Assembly (NCBI RefSeq): GCF_018977255.1
Contig: NW_024704743.1
Span: 74,588,001 to 74,652,000 of the forward strand
Length of the DNA stretch: 64,000 nucleotides
From: Callorhinchus milii
Lineage: Eukaryota
Direction: 5' to 3'
Part shown: in pieces, positions 63,601 through 64,000 of the stretch
Layout of the letters: every line of letters starts with the position of its first letter
Position numbering within the stretch: position 1 is the stretch's first letter
Translations under genes and position numbers: made by a program
Notes under the pieces: model-generated
Seen by the model: only the letters and a program-made list of their open reading frames with translations
The model's database searches: none
What the model was told of the DNA's origin: nothing

Positions 63601-63726
63601 CTGAACACACCTTGTGCTGTGGAATTTGTAGACACTCCAGTGCTGAATAGCACAACTACTGACAGAAACAAACTATTTCAAAAGGTTTCTTGGCTTGATA
63701 AATACCAAGGCATTGGTTTTTATTAA
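38017..63726 (+). CDS. GLB1: Lysosomal beta-galactosidase (GH35), spliced, 16 exons, 656 aa
   Basis: Exons: 38017-38067, 40347-40516, 42875-43025, 45060-45120, 45834-45928, 46546-46726, 47843-47901, 49221-49342, 49437-49477, 51207-51319, 51704-51778, 52698-52787, 53059-53172, 54822-54953, 55580-55816, 63448-63726. Total 1971 nt, all GT-AG. Sizes of exons 2-14 equal those recalled for human GLB1. Catalytic motifs QVENEYG and NSEFYTGW are present. Confidence 0.97.
38087..39981. repeat. About 1.9 kb satellite of 8-9 nt CCAGTG-based subunits (about 25-bp unit CCAGTGTCCCAGTGACCTAGTGCAG) in GLB1 intron 1
   Basis: Directly visible tandem array starting about 20 nt after the exon 1 donor. Confidence 0.97.
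40347..40516 (+). CDS. GLB1: GLB1 exon 2 (…[12 protein letters not shown]…AGLNAIQT)
   Basis: TATAG/GTAAGT, 170 nt. Confidence 0.95.
40715..41600. mobile_element. Cluster of tRNA-derived SINEs in alternating orientation (full + copy 40790-41118)
   Basis: Minus tail 40715-40790, plus copy 40790-41118, minus copy about 41130-41370, plus head about 41420-41600. Confidence 0.85.
42200..42740 (-). mobile_element. Degenerate CR1 fragments
   Basis: Similar to the reverse-strand CR1 at 29100-30200 (…CTTACTACCCTCTGTGTGAAG…, …CTTCTGGAAATCCATATA…). Confidence 0.6.
42875..43025 (+). CDS. GLB1: GLB1 exon 3 (YVPWNYHEP…[10 protein letters not shown])
   Basis: CATAG/GTAAGT, 151 nt. Confidence 0.95.
43750..44745 (+). 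mobile_element. Degenerate L2 LINE
   Basis: Decayed RT C-terminal motifs and …GGCACTGTATAAATGCAG tail. Confidence 0.7.
45060..45120 (+). CDS. GLB1: GLB1 exon 4 ([20 protein letters not shown])
   Basis: GAAG/GTAAGA, 61 nt. Confidence 0.95.
45190..45530 (+). mobile_element. DeuSINE-like SINE, degenerate
   Basis: GAAGGTTGTGGGTTCAAGCC head; GATGAGGTGTTAAACTGAG…AAAGATCCCATAGTACTATT core. Confidence 0.65.
45834..45928 (+). CDS. GLB1: GLB1 exon 5 (YLASVDRW…GPIISVQ)
   Basis: TGCAG/GTAATG, 95 nt. Confidence 0.95.
46546..46726 (+). CDS. GLB1: GLB1 exon 6 (VENEYGSY…, acid/base Glu)
   Basis: TACAG/GTATGT, 181 nt. Confidence 0.96.
47843..47901 (+). CDS. GLB1: GLB1 exon 7 ([19 protein letters not shown])
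   Basis: GGCAG/GTAAGT, 59 nt. Confidence 0.94.
49221..49342 (+). CDS. GLB1: GLB1 exon 8 ([14 protein letters not shown]…, nucleophile Glu)
   Basis: TTTAG/GTAAGT, 122 nt. Confidence 0.96.
49437..49477 (+). CDS. GLB1: GLB1 exon 9 ([13 protein letters not shown])
   Basis: TGCAG/GTAAGA, 41 nt. Confidence 0.95.
49640..50050 (-). mobile_element. CR1 fragment
   Basis: [24 protein letters not shown]. Confidence 0.8.
51207..51319 (+). CDS. GLB1: GLB1 exon 10 (ANSPY…[14 protein letters not shown]…)
   Basis: AAAG/GTAAGA, 113 nt. Confidence 0.95.
51704..51778 (+). CDS. GLB1: GLB1 exon 11 ([19 protein letters not shown]…)
   Basis: ATTAG/GTAATC, 75 nt. Confidence 0.94.
52698..52787 (+). CDS. GLB1: GLB1 exon 12 (LQSV…[10 protein letters not shown])
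   Basis: TTACAG/GTGAGA, 90 nt. Confidence 0.92.
53059..53172 (+). CDS. GLB1: GLB1 exon 13 (SFGFMLYR…[13 protein letters not shown])
   Basis: AAAG/GTAAGA, 114 nt. Confidence 0.95.
53144..53327 (+). repeat. Degenerate 36-37 bp x5 minisatellite derived from the GLB1 exon 13 end and donor
   Basis: Units start with ATGA at 53144, 53181, 53218, 53254 and 53291. Confidence 0.8.
54822..54953 (+). CDS. GLB1: GLB1 exon 14 (…[14 protein letters not shown]…)
   Basis: ATTAG/GTCAGC, 132 nt. Confidence 0.94.
55580..55816 (+). CDS. GLB1: GLB1 exon 15 (GLVTNLTL…[13 protein letters not shown])
   Basis: CACAG/GTAGGC, 237 nt. Confidence 0.95.
57067..57172. repeat. 20-bp tandem repeat (AGCATGGTGGTAGTCAGTGG) x5
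   Basis: Directly visible. Confidence 0.9.
58095..58660 (-). mobile_element. CR1 fragment
   Basis: LQEDLN.L..WA..QMKF..EKCKVLH and [19 protein letters not shown]. Confidence 0.82.
59978..60632 (+). mobile_element. Head-to-tail dimer of young tRNA(Ala)-derived SINE
   Basis: Two nearly identical copies of about 315 bp (59978-60290, 60291-60632), each with A/B boxes and a (TTA)n tail. Confidence 0.92.
60854..60970. repeat. About 39-bp tandem repeat x3
   Basis: CCATCTCC.GTA.CCTTGTCTCC.CA.CC repeated. Confidence 0.8.
62480..63220 (-). mobile_element. Old DeuSINE-like element with a young SINE (62536-62851) inserted in its tail
   Basis: Tail at 62480-62530, young SINE copy, then core and head at 62852-63220. 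Confidence 0.75.
63448..63726 (+). CDS. GLB1: GLB1 exon 16 ([15 protein letters not shown]…[12 protein letters not shown])
   Basis: Polypyrimidine tract plus CCAG acceptor; TAA at 63724-63726. Confidence 0.96.
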   Translation, partial: GQVWINGFNLGRYWPTKGPQLTLYVPAHILTTSVPNNITVLELERAPCGEELNTPCAVEFVDTPVLNSTTTDRNKLFQKVSWLDKYQGIGFY

Positions 63727-64000
63727 AATGTTCTGTTTTCTAATTATAAATTACCTTTGTGGGTCTATGGTATGAATTGTGCATGCTTAGGAAATGGGAT
63801 TCTGCAATTCTTTTGTTTGGTGGCATAAGTAAGGGCACCTGTAAGTCCCTCTGCACTTTACATCAGTTTACAGTTTCTTTACACGACTTGCATAATAATG
63901 GGCTTAATTTATGAAACTCGCAAATTGGATGGATGGCATTAGTTGCATCTTTATGAAATTCACAACGGGTAAGTTTCAAATTGTAGGTTCCAAATGTTGA

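Overview
Vertebrate nuclear DNA, probably a cartilaginous fish. This is inferred from the DeuSINE/L2/CR1 repeat complement and the protein divergence; the species is not provable from the window. It carries two multi-exon genes that I reconstructed by hand with GT-AG sites and consistent phases. CNOT10 is on the minus strand (CDS 1783-22899, 18 coding exons, 711 aa) and lacks the counterpart of one 87-nt human exon. Lysosomal beta-galactosidase GLB1 is on the plus strand (CDS 38017-63726, 16 exons, 656 aa), with both catalytic Glu motifs intact and a CLEAR box in its promoter. Between them is a repeat-dense interval with two damaged chemokine receptor genes. One is XCR1-like, with an open 7TM body but an N-terminus cut off by a frameshift and a TAA. 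The other is a CCR-type pseudogene split by a nested SINE/L2 insertion, whose 5' half is missing exactly where the GLB1 promoter begins. Both intact genes have a kb-scale tandem array at exon 1. I found no prokaryotic, CRISPR or true tRNA/rRNA features and no convincing wholly new biological system. The best leads are the receptor decay and breakpoint, the missing CNOT10 exon, the absence of TMPPE, the exon-1 arrays and a splice-donor-derived minisatellite. Comparisons with human genes use recalled sequences, not alignments.
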